Assembly: GCA_963739455.1 (NCBI GenBank)
Contig: CAVUAK010000001.1
Span: 1,056,001 to 1,120,000 of the forward strand
Length of the DNA: 64,000 bases
Reading direction: 5' to 3'
Source of the DNA: an uncultured Gemmatimonadales bacterium
GTDB taxonomy: Bacteria; Gemmatimonadota; Gemmatimonadetes; Gemmatimonadales; GWC2-71-9
A model generated the notes under the pieces. That model did no database searches, had not been told where the DNA came from, and was given only the letters and a program-made list of their open reading frames with translations. The translations under genes were made by a program, and so were the position numbers. This document shows positions 54,217 to 64,000 of this stretch, in pieces (the stretch's first letter is position 1; each line of letters starts with the position of its first letter).

Positions 54217-55149
54217 ATGATGCGCAACGCGCTGCTCTGGCTGTCGGAACAGCAGCAGATCTTCAACTTCGTGCGCCGCAATGGTCTCGCGAAGCAGTTC
54301 GCGTCACGCTTCGTGGCCGGCGAGACGATCCCCGAGGCGGTGGCGGCGGCCAGCGCGCTCGAGGCGAAGGGCATCACCGCGTCACTCGACCTGCTGGGTG
54401 AAAGCGTCACCCAGGCCTCGGAGGCCGAGACGGCCTGCGCGCAGTACGTGCAGATGGTTGACGAGATGGCGGCTGCCCACGACCAGGTGAACGTGTCGGT
54501 GAAGCTGACGCAGATGGGCCTCGACATCGACGAGGACCTCTGCGTTCGCAACATGACAAGGATCCTCGAGCGCGCCGAACAACACGACGGTTTCGTCCGG
54601 CTCGACATGGAGAGTTCCGCGTACACCCAGCGGACGCTCGACTTCTTCAGCAACCGCCTCTTCCCGCGATTCGGCAAGCACTGCGGGGTGGTCATCCAGT
54701 CATGCCTGAGGCGCTCGGATGCAGACATCCAGCGCCTCATCGACATGAAGGCGCGCGTGCGGCTCTGCAAGGGCGCGTACCTCGAGCCGGCCGACGTGGC
54801 CTACCCCGCCAAGTCGGACGTGGACAAGGCCTACGTGCGGCTGGTGGAGAAGCTCCTGGAGTACGGCAACTATCCCGGTGTTGCCACGCACGACGAGGCG
54901 ATACTCGGCCACGTACGGAAGTTCGCCCAGCGGAACGGCATCGCAGCGGAGCGCTTCGAGTTCCAGATGCTCTACGGCGTGCGGCGTGACCTGCAGGAAC
55001 AGCTGGTGCAGAGCGGGTGCCGCATGCGGGTGTACATCCCGTTTGGCACGCAGTGGTATCCCTACCTGATGCGTCGGCTGGCCGAGCGGCCTGCCAACAT
55101 CGCATTCATCCTTGGCAACATCGTGAAGGAATCCGTTCCCGGACTGTGA
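54217..55149 (+). CDS. Monofunctional proline dehydrogenase
   Basis: RFVAGE, SVKLTQMG, RLDME, RLCKGAY, ATHD, EFQMLYG, YLMRRLAERPAN. Confidence 0.95.
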   Translation: MMRNALLWLSEQQQIFNFVRRNGLAKQFASRFVAGETIPEAVAAASALEAKGITASLDLLGESVTQASEAETACAQYVQMVDEMAAAHDQVNVSVKLTQMGLDIDEDLCVRNMTRILERAEQHDGFVRLDMESSAYTQRTLDFFSNRLFPRFGKHCGVVIQSCLRRSDADIQRLIDMKARVRLCKGAYLEPADVAYPAKSDVDKAYVRLVEKLLEYGNYPGVATHDEAILGHVRKFAQRNGIAAERFEFQMLYGVRRDLQEQLVQSGCRMRVYIPFGTQWYPYLMRRLAERPANIAFILGNIVKESVPGL

Positions 55150-55460
55150 GCGAGTTCACGCTGGGTGGCTACATGGCGAAGCACGAGCGGGCCGCGGCAT
55201 TCGAGGGCGCCGACGGACAGCCGTACTCGGTGGCCATCTACGTGGATGATGAGCCGGACGACAAGGGCCGGTACGGCGCGGCGCTGCTGTTCGTGCGCTG
55301 GGCGCCCTCCGGCGACCGGCCGGTGGGTCACGTCGAGACGCCCGTCCTCACCACCGGTGCGACGCCCGGCGAGGCCAACGACCGGCTCGAGGCCTGGTCG
55401 CTCTTCGACGTGAAGGTCGCGCTCGACGAGGCGATCGCTGCGGCGCCCAAGGCCTGGTGA
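55146..55460 (+). CDS. Small hypothetical protein
   Basis: Overlaps the flanking stop/start codons; TLGGYMAKHERAAAFEGADGQPYSV, YGAALLFVRW. Confidence 0.65.
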   Translation: MSEFTLGGYMAKHERAAAFEGADGQPYSVAIYVDDEPDDKGRYGAALLFVRWAPSGDRPVGHVETPVLTTGATPGEANDRLEAWSLFDVKVALDEAIAAAPKAW

Positions 55461-56362
55461 GCAGCCGCAGCGGCACGGTACTCGGGCGTGACGGCGCGGC
55501 GATCCGGGTGCTGGCAGGGAGCGACGAGCTGCGCGCCGTCCTACGTGGGCGCATGAAGCAGCAGGGACTCAAGGTGGTGGCCGGCGACGTCGTGACGCTC
55601 GAGCCCGAGGCGGGTGGCGAGCTGTGGGGCATCATCGAGGTCGCGCCGCGCCGGTCGGTGCTGGAGCGACGCATTCCGGGTGGACGCGGCACCCGCGCCA
55701 TCGCGGCGAACATCGACCGGATCTTCGTGGTCACCGCGACGCGTGAGCCGGCGCCGGTCCCCTCGGTGATCGATCGCCTGCTTGTGCTCGCGGAAGCCAA
55801 CGACGTGACGCCAGCGGTGGTGGTGAACAAGATCGACCTCGACCCCGGCACCGATCTCGTCACGCGGTATCGCGCGGCGGGCTACGACGTGTTTCCCATC
55901 AGCACGAGACTGGGCCTCGGACTCGAGGCGATCCGGGGCTGGCTGCCGGATCATGCGTCCGTTTTCACGGGGCCGAGCGGCGCGGGAAAATCGAGCCTCC
56001 TGAATGCGCTCGAGCCGGGTGTCGCCCTGCGCACGGCGGCCGTGAGCGAGAAGATCGGGCGCGGCATGCACACCACGGTGAGCGCGCTCATGGTACCGCT
56101 GTCCGGTGGAGGATGGCTCGTGGATACCCCGGGCTTCAGCGAGGTGGGCCTCTGGGGACTCGAGGCGCGCGGGCTTGCCGAGTGCTTCCCCGAAATGCGC
56201 CCGCTCATCGGCAACTGCAAGTTCCAGGATTGCCGGCACGTCAGCGAACCGGGATGCGCCGTGCGCTCAGCAGTAACGGTGGGCGCGATTCATCCTGACC
56301 GATACGCCAGCTACCTGCTGCTGCTGCAGGAAACAGAGGAAGAGCCCCGCGAGTGGGAGTAG
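55457..56362 (+). CDS. rsgA: Ribosome small subunit-dependent GTPase A
   Basis: NKID, GPSGAGKSSL, GRGMHTT, DTPG, CKFQDCRHVSEPGC. Confidence 0.96.
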   Translation: MSSRSGTVLGRDGAAIRVLAGSDELRAVLRGRMKQQGLKVVAGDVVTLEPEAGGELWGIIEVAPRRSVLERRIPGGRGTRAIAANIDRIFVVTATREPAPVPSVIDRLLVLAEANDVTPAVVVNKIDLDPGTDLVTRYRAAGYDVFPISTRLGLGLEAIRGWLPDHASVFTGPSGAGKSSLLNALEPGVALRTAAVSEKIGRGMHTTVSALMVPLSGGGWLVDTPGFSEVGLWGLEARGLAECFPEMRPLIGNCKFQDCRHVSEPGCAVRSAVTVGAIHPDRYASYLLLLQETEEEPREWE

Positions 56363-57486
56363 TGCCGCGCGCGCTGCTCCTGGTGGAGCAGCGCCACTGG
56401 CACGCCGCCGCGAGCTTGCTGCCACTCCTCCGCGACGCCGGGCTCCGGGTGGACGTCATCTGCCGGGCAGGATGCCTCGTTTCGAAGTCCCGGTATGTCG
56501 ATGAGCTCCTGATCGTCGACGGCCCTGAAGCAGAATTCTTCTCCGCAGTGCAACAGTTCCTCGCGAGTCGACGCGACCGCTACACCTGGGTCCTCCCGGT
56601 CACCGACACGGACGTTCGCGGGCTCGCCCGCCGGGTCGACGAGCCCTGGGTGCAGGAGATTTTTCCTGCCCGCCGCACGACTGACGTCGTCGAGGCAATC
56701 CTCGACAAGCCGGCGATGGATCGACTCCTCCGTCGGGTGGGGGTGAGGCTGCCGGAGTCGATGCCGGTTGGCAATGACCTCGAGCTCGTCGCATTCGGCG
56801 TGAGGCATGGATGGCCGGTCATGCTCAAGCCGATCGATGGCGTTGGAGGTGGCGGGGTGGTGCGAGTATCGGCGGCGGAACAGGCGATCGCTGCCATGGC
56901 ACAGCTGGGCTCGTCATACCCCCGGCTCATGGCGCAGGCATTCGTGCCGGGACCAGTCGCTTCGTGCCAGGTGGTGTTCGACCATGGCCGCCCACTGGCC
57001 TGGGCGACCTCGTACAAGGTGCGCACCTGGCCGGGCCCGTACGGGCCATCGTCGGCGATCACCTTCGCACCGATTCCCGGGGTGGAGGAAATGCTGCCGC
57101 CGATCGGAGAGGCGCTGGGATTCCACGGAGCGCTCACGGTCGACTTGATCGTGGATGAACGCTCAGGCGTCCCAGTGGTCATCGAGGTGAACGCGCGTCC
57201 GGCGGGCATCATGAGCCGGGGGCGGCGAGCCGGTGTCGATTTCGCGGCGGGGTTGCGGCAGATGCTCTTCGGAATCGAGGGGCGAAGTCACATGAAGGGC
57301 ACCCGCCGATCGGTCACTGCGGGACTGTATCCGCAGGACCTGGTACGCTGCTTCGAGGAGGGGAAATTCGCGCCGCTACGCGACTGGCTTGGCATCGCCA
57401 CCCTGGCCGACGTGCCGTGGACCGACCCGGGCGTCTTTTTGTCCAGCACCCGCTTCCTGCTTTCGCGCCTGGTGCGTCGGGGCTAG
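56362..57486 (+). CDS. ATP-grasp domain protein
   Basis: DKPAM, GWPVMLKPIDGVGGGGV, QAFVPG, VIEVNAR. Confidence 0.8.
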   Translation: MPRALLLVEQRHWHAAASLLPLLRDAGLRVDVICRAGCLVSKSRYVDELLIVDGPEAEFFSAVQQFLASRRDRYTWVLPVTDTDVRGLARRVDEPWVQEIFPARRTTDVVEAILDKPAMDRLLRRVGVRLPESMPVGNDLELVAFGVRHGWPVMLKPIDGVGGGGVVRVSAAEQAIAAMAQLGSSYPRLMAQAFVPGPVASCQVVFDHGRPLAWATSYKVRTWPGPYGPSSAITFAPIPGVEEMLPPIGEALGFHGALTVDLIVDERSGVPVVIEVNARPAGIMSRGRRAGVDFAAGLRQMLFGIEGRSHMKGTRRSVTAGLYPQDLVRCFEEGKFAPLRDWLGIATLADVPWTDPGVFLSSTRFLLSRLVRRG

Positions 57487-57800
57487 CCCTTCCTGGTCCA
57501 GCGGGTCGCGTCCCGGGTCTCCACCTTGGTCATCATGCGATCAAAGGCAACCTGAAGGTCGATGCCTTCCCGGTTGGCCATGCAGATCAGCACGAACATG
57601 ATGTCGGCCATCTCCATCGCCATGTCGCCCTCTCCCTCGTCCCGCTTCTTTGTCTTCTGGCCGAACCGGTGGTTGACCTCGCGTGCCAGCTCGCCAACCT
57701 CCTCGGAGAGGCGTGTCATGTTCGTGAGGGGATCGAAGTAGCCTTCCTCGAACTGCGCGATCCACGCATCAACCCGCGCCTGCGCCTCGCTGAATGACAC
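57483..57800 (-). CDS. MazG-like nucleotide pyrophosphohydrolase (YpjD-like)
   Basis: RLSEEVGELAREVN, EMADIMFVLICMAN, RDATRW. Confidence 0.9.
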   Translation of the reverse strand: MSFSEAQARVDAWIAQFEEGYFDPLTNMTRLSEEVGELAREVNHRFGQKTKKRDEGEGDMAMEMADIMFVLICMANREGIDLQVAFDRMMTKVETRDATRWTRKG

Positions 57801-57803
57801 GCC

Positions 57804-58910
57804 CTAGTTCTCCGGCCAGCTGTCGGTCCATGCATTCGCGATGAGCCTCAGGTGGCCAAAGCGGGCCAGCGCGGAGGTCACCTTGCAGGAATCGTATCGC
57901 AAGTCGATCTGCCCGGGGGGGGGATTCCCGGCATCGCCGCCGCCGCGGCTGTCGTTGACCGTCGCGCCCAGCTTCACGTTGAGTCCCGACACAATGGCAC
58001 CGCGCACCACCGGCCCGTTGCCGCTCACGGTAAGCACGTCACCCACCAGGATGACCCCATCCCAGGTGAAGCCGGCCATGATCGTAAGGTTGCCAGTCAC
58101 GACGATGAGTCCCTGGCCCGATTCTCCGCCGTCCAGCGTGGCATCGCCATCGACCCGGATCACCGGCCATTCCGACGGACTGAACATGGGCCAGCCGATC
58201 TCGCTCGTCAGGCTGTCATCGGGCTGGAGAACGGTTCCGGTAACGATCGAGTTCCAGTCGATGCGTACTGAATCCTTCGCGTTCACCGGCAGCGCGCCGA
58301 GCCACCTGATGCCGGGAGACGGGGCTGGCGGGGGGCTGAAGCCACTCTGCCCGCTTTGCGCGGTGACTGGAACAGCGACGCCGGCAACGGTGGGCGCCGA
58401 CGCTATGCAGGCATCGTTTCCGTTCAGGAGACCGCCGCCACCCTCGCTGCGAAGGCCCGCGATCGCTGTCCAGGCGCTCTTCACGTCCATCGATACCGCG
58501 CCCCACGTCGCGTACTGTGCCACGGTGCGCTGGGCTGGCGGCGTGTTCACACTGAACCGGGGGGCACCGTGACTGACGCCGCGCGAGCGAATGACGTAGA
58601 GGCCGGACGTGGTGCCATTGTCCGGCCGGATCTCGATCAGGACGACGTGGGCCGTATCGCGGGCCCCGATCGGGATTGCCACGCTGTCGTTTGGCACCGG
58701 CTGGGTGTCCATCAGCGCCACGTATCGCTCGAGACCGGACTGTGCCACGGCGAGCGCATCGAGCTGCGCTTGCTGGTCGCCCACGATCCGTCGCTCCTCC
58801 GACACCCGCCCGAAGCCGGCGGTGACGGCCAGCGCCAGCAGGGCCATCATGAGGATCACGAGCGGGAGCGACACGCCGCGCCGGTCGCGCACCAGGGCGT
58901 GACTAATCAC
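57804..58910 (-). CDS. PilX-like minor pilin
   Basis: DRRG|VSLPLVILMMALL (no Glu5), ALAVAQSGLE. Confidence 0.75.
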   Translation of the reverse strand: MISHALVRDRRGVSLPLVILMMALLALAVTAGFGRVSEERRIVGDQQAQLDALAVAQSGLERYVALMDTQPVPNDSVAIPIGARDTAHVVLIEIRPDNGTTSGLYVIRSRGVSHGAPRFSVNTPPAQRTVAQYATWGAVSMDVKSAWTAIAGLRSEGGGGLLNGNDACIASAPTVAGVAVPVTAQSGQSGFSPPPAPSPGIRWLGALPVNAKDSVRIDWNSIVTGTVLQPDDSLTSEIGWPMFSPSEWPVIRVDGDATLDGGESGQGLIVVTGNLTIMAGFTWDGVILVGDVLTVSGNGPVVRGAIVSGLNVKLGATVNDSRGGGDAGNPPPGQIDLRYDSCKVTSALARFGHLRLIANAWTDSWPEN

Positions 58911-59808
58911 GGCGGTTCTTGAAGAAGATCGATGTCGTGAGGCGCATGCGCTTCTCTGTGGTGCTGCCCTGCGGCACCGTTTCGCTCATTCCGTCGAGGT
59001 GCAGCTCGATGCCGCGCGTCATGGTGATCGGTGACGGCACGGCGTCCTGGGGAATGTCGGATCCGGTGACATAGAACCGGAAACGGGCGGTGCTGTCGAA
59101 GGGAGCAGCCAGTTCCTCGCTGCTGCCGCCAATAACGTCCCTCCACAGCGCCATGGCTCCCGGATTGGTTGCCGCGAGCGCCGAGGAAGGCCAGAAGCGA
59201 TACCGTACGCGCTGCATCAGGATGACGTTCATGCCGACGCTCGGCACCAATCCCGAGTAGCCGCCCGATGTTCCCATGGTGCCCGGCGACGTCAGCTGGA
59301 TCACGCGGCCCGCCGTGCCGCCGCCCTCTGCGGCGGTCAGCGTCCGGATGGAGGCAGCCGTGCACACACCGGGGGCGCCTGCACCCAGGCCAGTGGCGGT
59401 CATGCGATAGCGGTATTTCCCTGTCGCTTCGTCGCGCCACGCCCACCCGGCAAACCGCGCAGCAGCCCATGCGCTGTTGTCGACGGGAAGGATCGACACC
59501 ACCAGAGGCATACTGGCGTTGCACGCAACGCCGAAGGCATAGGGCACCCGAAACGTGATGCTCGTCGACGTGGCTCCGGCCTCCAGGGCACTGTCTGAGT
59601 TGATCACCTCGAGGTCGGCGAGCAGCCGGTTGAGCGACCCACGGGACACCGATCGCGCCGTGCGCCATGCCTCGTTGTTACCTGACGAGCGATTCTGCGC
59701 CAGGATGACCTGGATCAGCGCCGCGCCCACAATGGCCGTCACCGTCATGGCCACCAGCAGCTCGACCAGCGTGAGGCCTGCGCGGCTGGACCGGCATGCC
59801 CGCATCAT
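58903..59808 (-). CDS. PilW-like minor pilin
   Basis: RAG|LTLVELLVAM class III signal; terminal IFFKN. Confidence 0.8.
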   Translation of the reverse strand: MMRACRSSRAGLTLVELLVAMTVTAIVGAALIQVILAQNRSSGNNEAWRTARSVSRGSLNRLLADLEVINSDSALEAGATSTSITFRVPYAFGVACNASMPLVVSILPVDNSAWAAARFAGWAWRDEATGKYRYRMTATGLGAGAPGVCTAASIRTLTAAEGGGTAGRVIQLTSPGTMGTSGGYSGLVPSVGMNVILMQRVRYRFWPSSALAATNPGAMALWRDVIGGSSEELAAPFDSTARFRFYVTGSDIPQDAVPSPITMTRGIELHLDGMSETVPQGSTTEKRMRLTTSIFFKNRRD

Positions 59809-60215
59809 GGGGTATTGAACGGATTGGTAAACTGTTCGTTGACCCGGTATAGCGTCACGGTGTCGGGTCCCGACAGGAGGCTGTCTGTCGGCATCACGAT
59901 GATGCGCACGCGGCGCAGTCCCGGCAGGGTATCCACCACGGCAGTACAGAGTGAGTGCTGGTATGAAGGCGTGGCGTCGGAGGTGCAGCCGGCCAGCACC
60001 TCATCGGGCGGAACCGCCATGGCGCGAGATGCCGCGCCCACAAGGGTCGCGGTGCGGTACTGGGTCGCCGTGACGCCAGTGGACTGGCGGGAGACGCGGA
60101 CCAGCATCGGCCCAAGTACCACCACGATGAAGCAGAGCAGGGCCAATGTGGCGAGTGTCTCGACCAGCGTGAAGCCGTCACGCGCGACAGGAGGAAGTGG
60201 CTTCGTCACCTTCAT
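59805..60215 (-). CDS. PilV-like minor pilin
   Basis: RDG|FTLVETLATLALL. Confidence 0.78.
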   Translation of the reverse strand: MKVTKPLPPVARDGFTLVETLATLALLCFIVVVLGPMLVRVSRQSTGVTATQYRTATLVGAASRAMAVPPDEVLAGCTSDATPSYQHSLCTAVVDTLPGLRRVRIIVMPTDSLLSGPDTVTLYRVNEQFTNPFNTP

Positions 60216-60658
60216 CGCACCACCCGCACCTGGCCGGCGCTCGACATGGTAACCTGGCGATTGGCAGCACCTGCGGCGATCGTGACCGTCAGCGGAAGCG
60301 TCGCCACACCAGTTGGAGACACGGTAACGCTGGCCTCCGAAAGCATGAGGGAGTCGATCTGGTACTCGGTGTCCGGTCCGAACGCCCGGCGCTGGTACAG
60401 CACATCCGTGGCAAGATCGCGGATCTCGATGGCCTGGTTCGCACAGTCGCACGAGACAGTTACCGGACGGCGCTGACGGCTCGCCAGCGTGAAGCTGCGC
60501 TCGAGGGTCAGGGCGACCAGGCCGGCAGCGCGATCCACCCGCGAACTGCGAAATGCCTGGCCGATCCGCGGGATGGAGGCGAGCATGAGGATGCTCAGGA
60601 TGACCAGTACGACGAACACTTCCACCATGGTCATGCCGCGGGTGTTCCGCACCGTCAT
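60212..60658 (-). CDS. FimT/GspH-like minor pilin
   Basis: GAGGAGG RBS; TRG|MTMVEVFVVLVIL; terminal SSAGQVRV. Confidence 0.8.
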   Translation of the reverse strand: MTVRNTRGMTMVEVFVVLVILSILMLASIPRIGQAFRSSRVDRAAGLVALTLERSFTLASRQRRPVTVSCDCANQAIEIRDLATDVLYQRRAFGPDTEYQIDSLMLSEASVTVSPTGVATLPLTVTIAAGAANRQVTMSSAGQVRVVR

Positions 60659-60725
60659 CAAGCCCTCCTCGCAGGCCCGTCCAACCCCGAACCAAACTAA
60701 CCCCAAACCGGTGTCGCCGCCCGTA

Positions 60726-60759
60726 GGTCAAATGGCCTATTTGACCGAGTGGCGTCAAA
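60726..60759. promoter_or_regulatory. Palindromic operator-like site upstream of the pilin operon
   Basis: GGTCAAAT-N5-ATTTGACC (60726-60746) plus an extra GTCAAA half-site. Confidence 0.4.
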
Positions 60760-60801
60760 GGCCTTAACCTCATCTCCACTAACACTCTCCACTGGAAACC
60801 C

Positions 60802-61044
60802 ATGCGCACCCGCGACCGGATTCTCGAGAATCTGGAATCGATCTACCGCGAATCGTACGAGCGGTCCAAGGCCGAGGGCCTGGCTTCACGAATGGTTGAG
60901 CTGGACAACGCCTATATGCGTGACCAGCTGATGCTCGAGATACTGCTCGACATTCGCGACCTGTTCTCGGTCGCTCCGGCCGCGAAGGGCGGCAGTAGCG
61001 CACTCGAAACGCTGGAACGCCTGCGCCGACTTGGCGGACGCTAG
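60802..61044 (+). CDS. Small hypothetical protein (80 aa)
   Basis: [17 protein letters not shown]...[15 protein letters not shown]; helical; GGA upstream. Confidence 0.7.
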   Translation: MRTRDRILENLESIYRESYERSKAEGLASRMVELDNAYMRDQLMLEILLDIRDLFSVAPAAKGGSSALETLERLRRLGGR

Positions 61045-61193
61045 AGGTCGGGCCAGGCCCGGCGGCGGATCTGGTAGCTAAGGCAATACATAGCAACATG
61101 TTAGAGATTGTGTTTCGCGGACCCCTGACTCGGGCTATCTTCACGGGTCCCCGGCCTGTACGTGGGCCTGCGTCCGCTCTTCCAAAGATCACG

Positions 61194-63327
61194 ATGGCCA
61201 CTCGCACTCCCAGTCGCTCCAAGGGCCTCGCGTCCGCCAAGCTCGACAAGGCGGACCTCGTCGAGTTCTACCGGATCATGTTGCTGTCCCGGCGAATTGA
61301 CGACCGCGAGATCCAGCTGAAGCGGCAGAACAAGATCTTCTTCCAGATTTCGGGTGCGGGTCACGAAGCGGTGCTGGTGGCTGCGGCCAAGGTGCTTCGT
61401 CCGACTTACGACTGGTTCTATACCTACTATCGCGACCGCGCCCTCTGCCTCGGGCTCGGCATGACCCCCACCGAACAGTTCCTTTCCGCTGTCGGCGCGG
61501 CTGACGATCCCAACTCTGGCGGACGCCAGATGCCGTCGCATTGGGGGCACAAGGACCTCAACATCGTCAGTGCCTCCAGCCCCACCGGCACCCAGTTTCT
61601 CCAGGCCGTCGGGTGTGCCGAGGCCTGGCTGCGCCTCAGCCAGATGCCGGAGGCGACTCGTCCCGACGTGACCTTCCACGGCGATGAGGTCGTGCTCGTC
61701 ACCACGGGCGATGGCACCACCAGCGAGGGCGAGTTCTGGGAGGCGCTGAGCAGCGCGTGCAACCTCAAGCTCCCGGTGATCTTCCTCGTGGAGGACAACG
61801 GCTACGCCATCTCCGTCCCGGTCGAGGTCAACACGCCCGGTGGCTCGATTTCGAAGCTGGTGACCGGGTTCCCCGGCTTGTACATCCAGGAAGTGGATGG
61901 CTGCGACCCAATTGCCTCGTACGACACAATGGCGCGGGCCGCCGAGTACTGCCGTTCGCGGAAGGGTCCGGCGATGGTGCATGCGAAGGTCATCCGGCCC
62001 TACTCGCACTCGCTGTCAGACGATGAAGTCCAGTACCGCAGCGCAACCGAGCGCGATGCCGATGCAGCGCGCGACCCGCTCGTCACCTATCCGCGCTGGT
62101 TGCTGGACCAGGGTATCGCGACCGAATCGGAACTCGAGTTGATCCGGCAGCAGGTGGAGGAGGAGGTGCAGGTCTCCGCCGAGGTGGCGCTGGCCTCGCC
62201 GCAGCCGGCTACCGACACCATCTACGACTACGTCTACTCGCCCGACGTGGACCCCACGTCGGAGCAGTTCGACACGGAAGACGACCCCCGCTTCTCCGGC
62301 GAGCCGACCACCATGGTGGACCTGCTCAACGGCTGCATGCGAGATGAAATGACGCGCGACTCGCGCATCCTGCTGTTCGGCGAGGATGTGGCCGACGCGA
62401 CACGCGACGACTGCCTGACGCAGGTGAAGGGCAAGGGCGGCGTCTTCAAGGTGACGTGGGGACTGCAGCGGCAGTTCGGTGGCAACCGCGTCTACAACTC
62501 GCCGCTGGCCGAGGCCAACATCGTTGGTCGGGCCATCGGCCTGGCCACGCGCGGGCTCAAGCCGGTGGTCGAGATCCAGTTCTTCGACTACATCTGGCCG
62601 GCGTTCATGCAGCTGCGCAATGAGCTCGCGCTGATGCGCTGGCGCTCGAACAACTTCTTCAGTTCGCCCGTGGTCGTGCGCGTCACCTATGGCGGCTACC
62701 TCAAGGGCGGGGCCGTCTATCACTCACAGACCGGCGCGTCCCTCTTCACGTCGATTCCCGGGTTGCGGGTGGTATGCCCCTCCACCGCGCTCGACGCCAA
62801 CGGCCTCCTGCGCACGGCGATCCGCTGCGAGGACCCGGTCATCTTCCTCGAGCACAAGCACCTGTACCGCCAGACCTACAACAAGGCGCCGAATCCGGGC
62901 CCGAACTTCATGATTCCGTTCGGCAAGGCGCGGGTTGCGCGCGAGGGCACCGACCTCACCGTCATTACCTACGGCGCAGTGGTCCAGCGGGCACTGCGTG
63001 GCGGCGAAGGAAGTGGAGGAGCGTCACGGCGTCAGCGTCGAGGTGATCGACCTGCGCACGCTGGCCCCGGTGGACTGGGATACCGTGTTCGCGTCGGTGC
63101 GGAAGACGAGCCGTGTGCTCGTGGCGTACGAAGATTCGCTGTCGTGGGGCTATGGAGCGGAGATCTCGGCGCGCATTGCCAGCGACTGCTTCCACTGGCT
63201 CGACGCGCCGGTTGCGCGGATCGCGGCGACCGACACATTCGTGGCGTATGCGCCGGAACTCGAGGACGTCATCCTGCCGCAGGTCGATTCCATCGGGCGG
63301 GCGATGGAGGAAGTGCTGGGCGCCTAG
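61194..63327 (+). CDS. 2-oxoacid (probably branched-chain) dehydrogenase E1, fused alpha/beta subunits (frameshift ~62995)
   Basis: [17 protein letters not shown]...DNGYAIS (ThDP motif), [27 protein letters not shown]. Confidence 0.92.
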
Positions 63328-64000
63328 CGCTCCATCGCTTCCTTGACCTCGCCCGCCGCGGCGATGGCGTTGTCCACGTTCCTCGACAGCGCACGGGCCG
63401 CCTGGGTGGCCATGGTGATGTCCCCCATCACCTCGGACACGTTGGATGACTTGAGCTTGAGCAGGTCCAGCCGCAGGTTCTGCATTGCCAGCACGCATCG
63501 AATCGAGGTGCCGCGCCACCTGTCCCTTGCGCGACTCCAGCTGGGCGACCGTGCTCTTCTGCCGCTCGAGCAGGGAGATATGCCGGTCGCGTTCCTCATC
63601 CGCCGGCTGCGCCTTGAGGGTGGCGATCCGCTCATCGATGCGCGTCGTCCCACCGGCCGCCATCTCGCCATCCATCATGTGCAACGTGCGGCCGAGGTCG
63701 ATCGCGCGGTTGTAGAGGCCATCGACAGTCTCGTTGATGTCCTTGAGCACCTCACGCTCCGAGGGCGGCAGGCGCTCGACCAGCTTGAGGATTGCCGCTC
63801 GATCGCCATGTACCTGGCGGATCTGCGGGTACTGGTCGCCGAACTCGCGCTCGGGCGGTGCCGGGACCACCTTGGCCAGCAGGCCCTTGTTGGAGTCGCG
63901 GCTCGACTCGATTGAATCGGGTGCCGCCGGCCGCCGCAGCACATCGCGCCAGCTGTATCCCGCCTGCCAGAGCTTGGAGTAGTTGCTGAGCAGGCCGATG
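63324..64000 (-). CDS. C-terminal helical part of a protein running off the window (frameshift ~63500)
   Basis: [24 protein letters not shown]...[12 protein letters not shown]...[16 protein letters not shown]; coiled-coil-like; N-terminus not in the window. Confidence 0.65.

Noticed and set aside
60660..60800. c-di-GMP riboswitch upstream of the pilin operon
   Set aside because: No GEMM consensus found; only a DNA palindrome.

Overview
High-GC bacterial chromosomal segment, most consistent with Gemmatimonadota (inferred from gene repertoire and style, not from a database search). It is densely coding, mostly with housekeeping and metabolic genes: lemA-htpX, mqnD, glnA, an imuA-imuB-dnaE2 mutasome operon, fdhD, tRNA-Cys, a B12 radical SAM enzyme, gluQ, tkt-tal-DAACS symporter, crtI-crtB-acyltransferase, an E2-E1 fused kgd, glpD, fadI-fadJ, proline dehydrogenase, rsgA, a minor-pilin cluster and a fused 2-oxoacid dehydrogenase E1. 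More than 15 genes carry single-base frameshifts, almost certainly long-read indel errors. No CRISPR array, integrase, transposase or rRNA was seen. The strongest novelty candidate is a ~420-nt, densely helical transcription unit with no credible ORF at ~3278-3700. It has its own sigma70-like promoter and terminator, is preceded by DnaA-box-like motifs and an IHF-consensus site, and is followed by a minimal REC-Fis protein gene. Other notable signals are a recurring intergenic TAAR-N17-STTR motif, several in-frame 7/8-mer repeat insertions in imuB/dnaE2, and a candidate lineage-specific SOS box.
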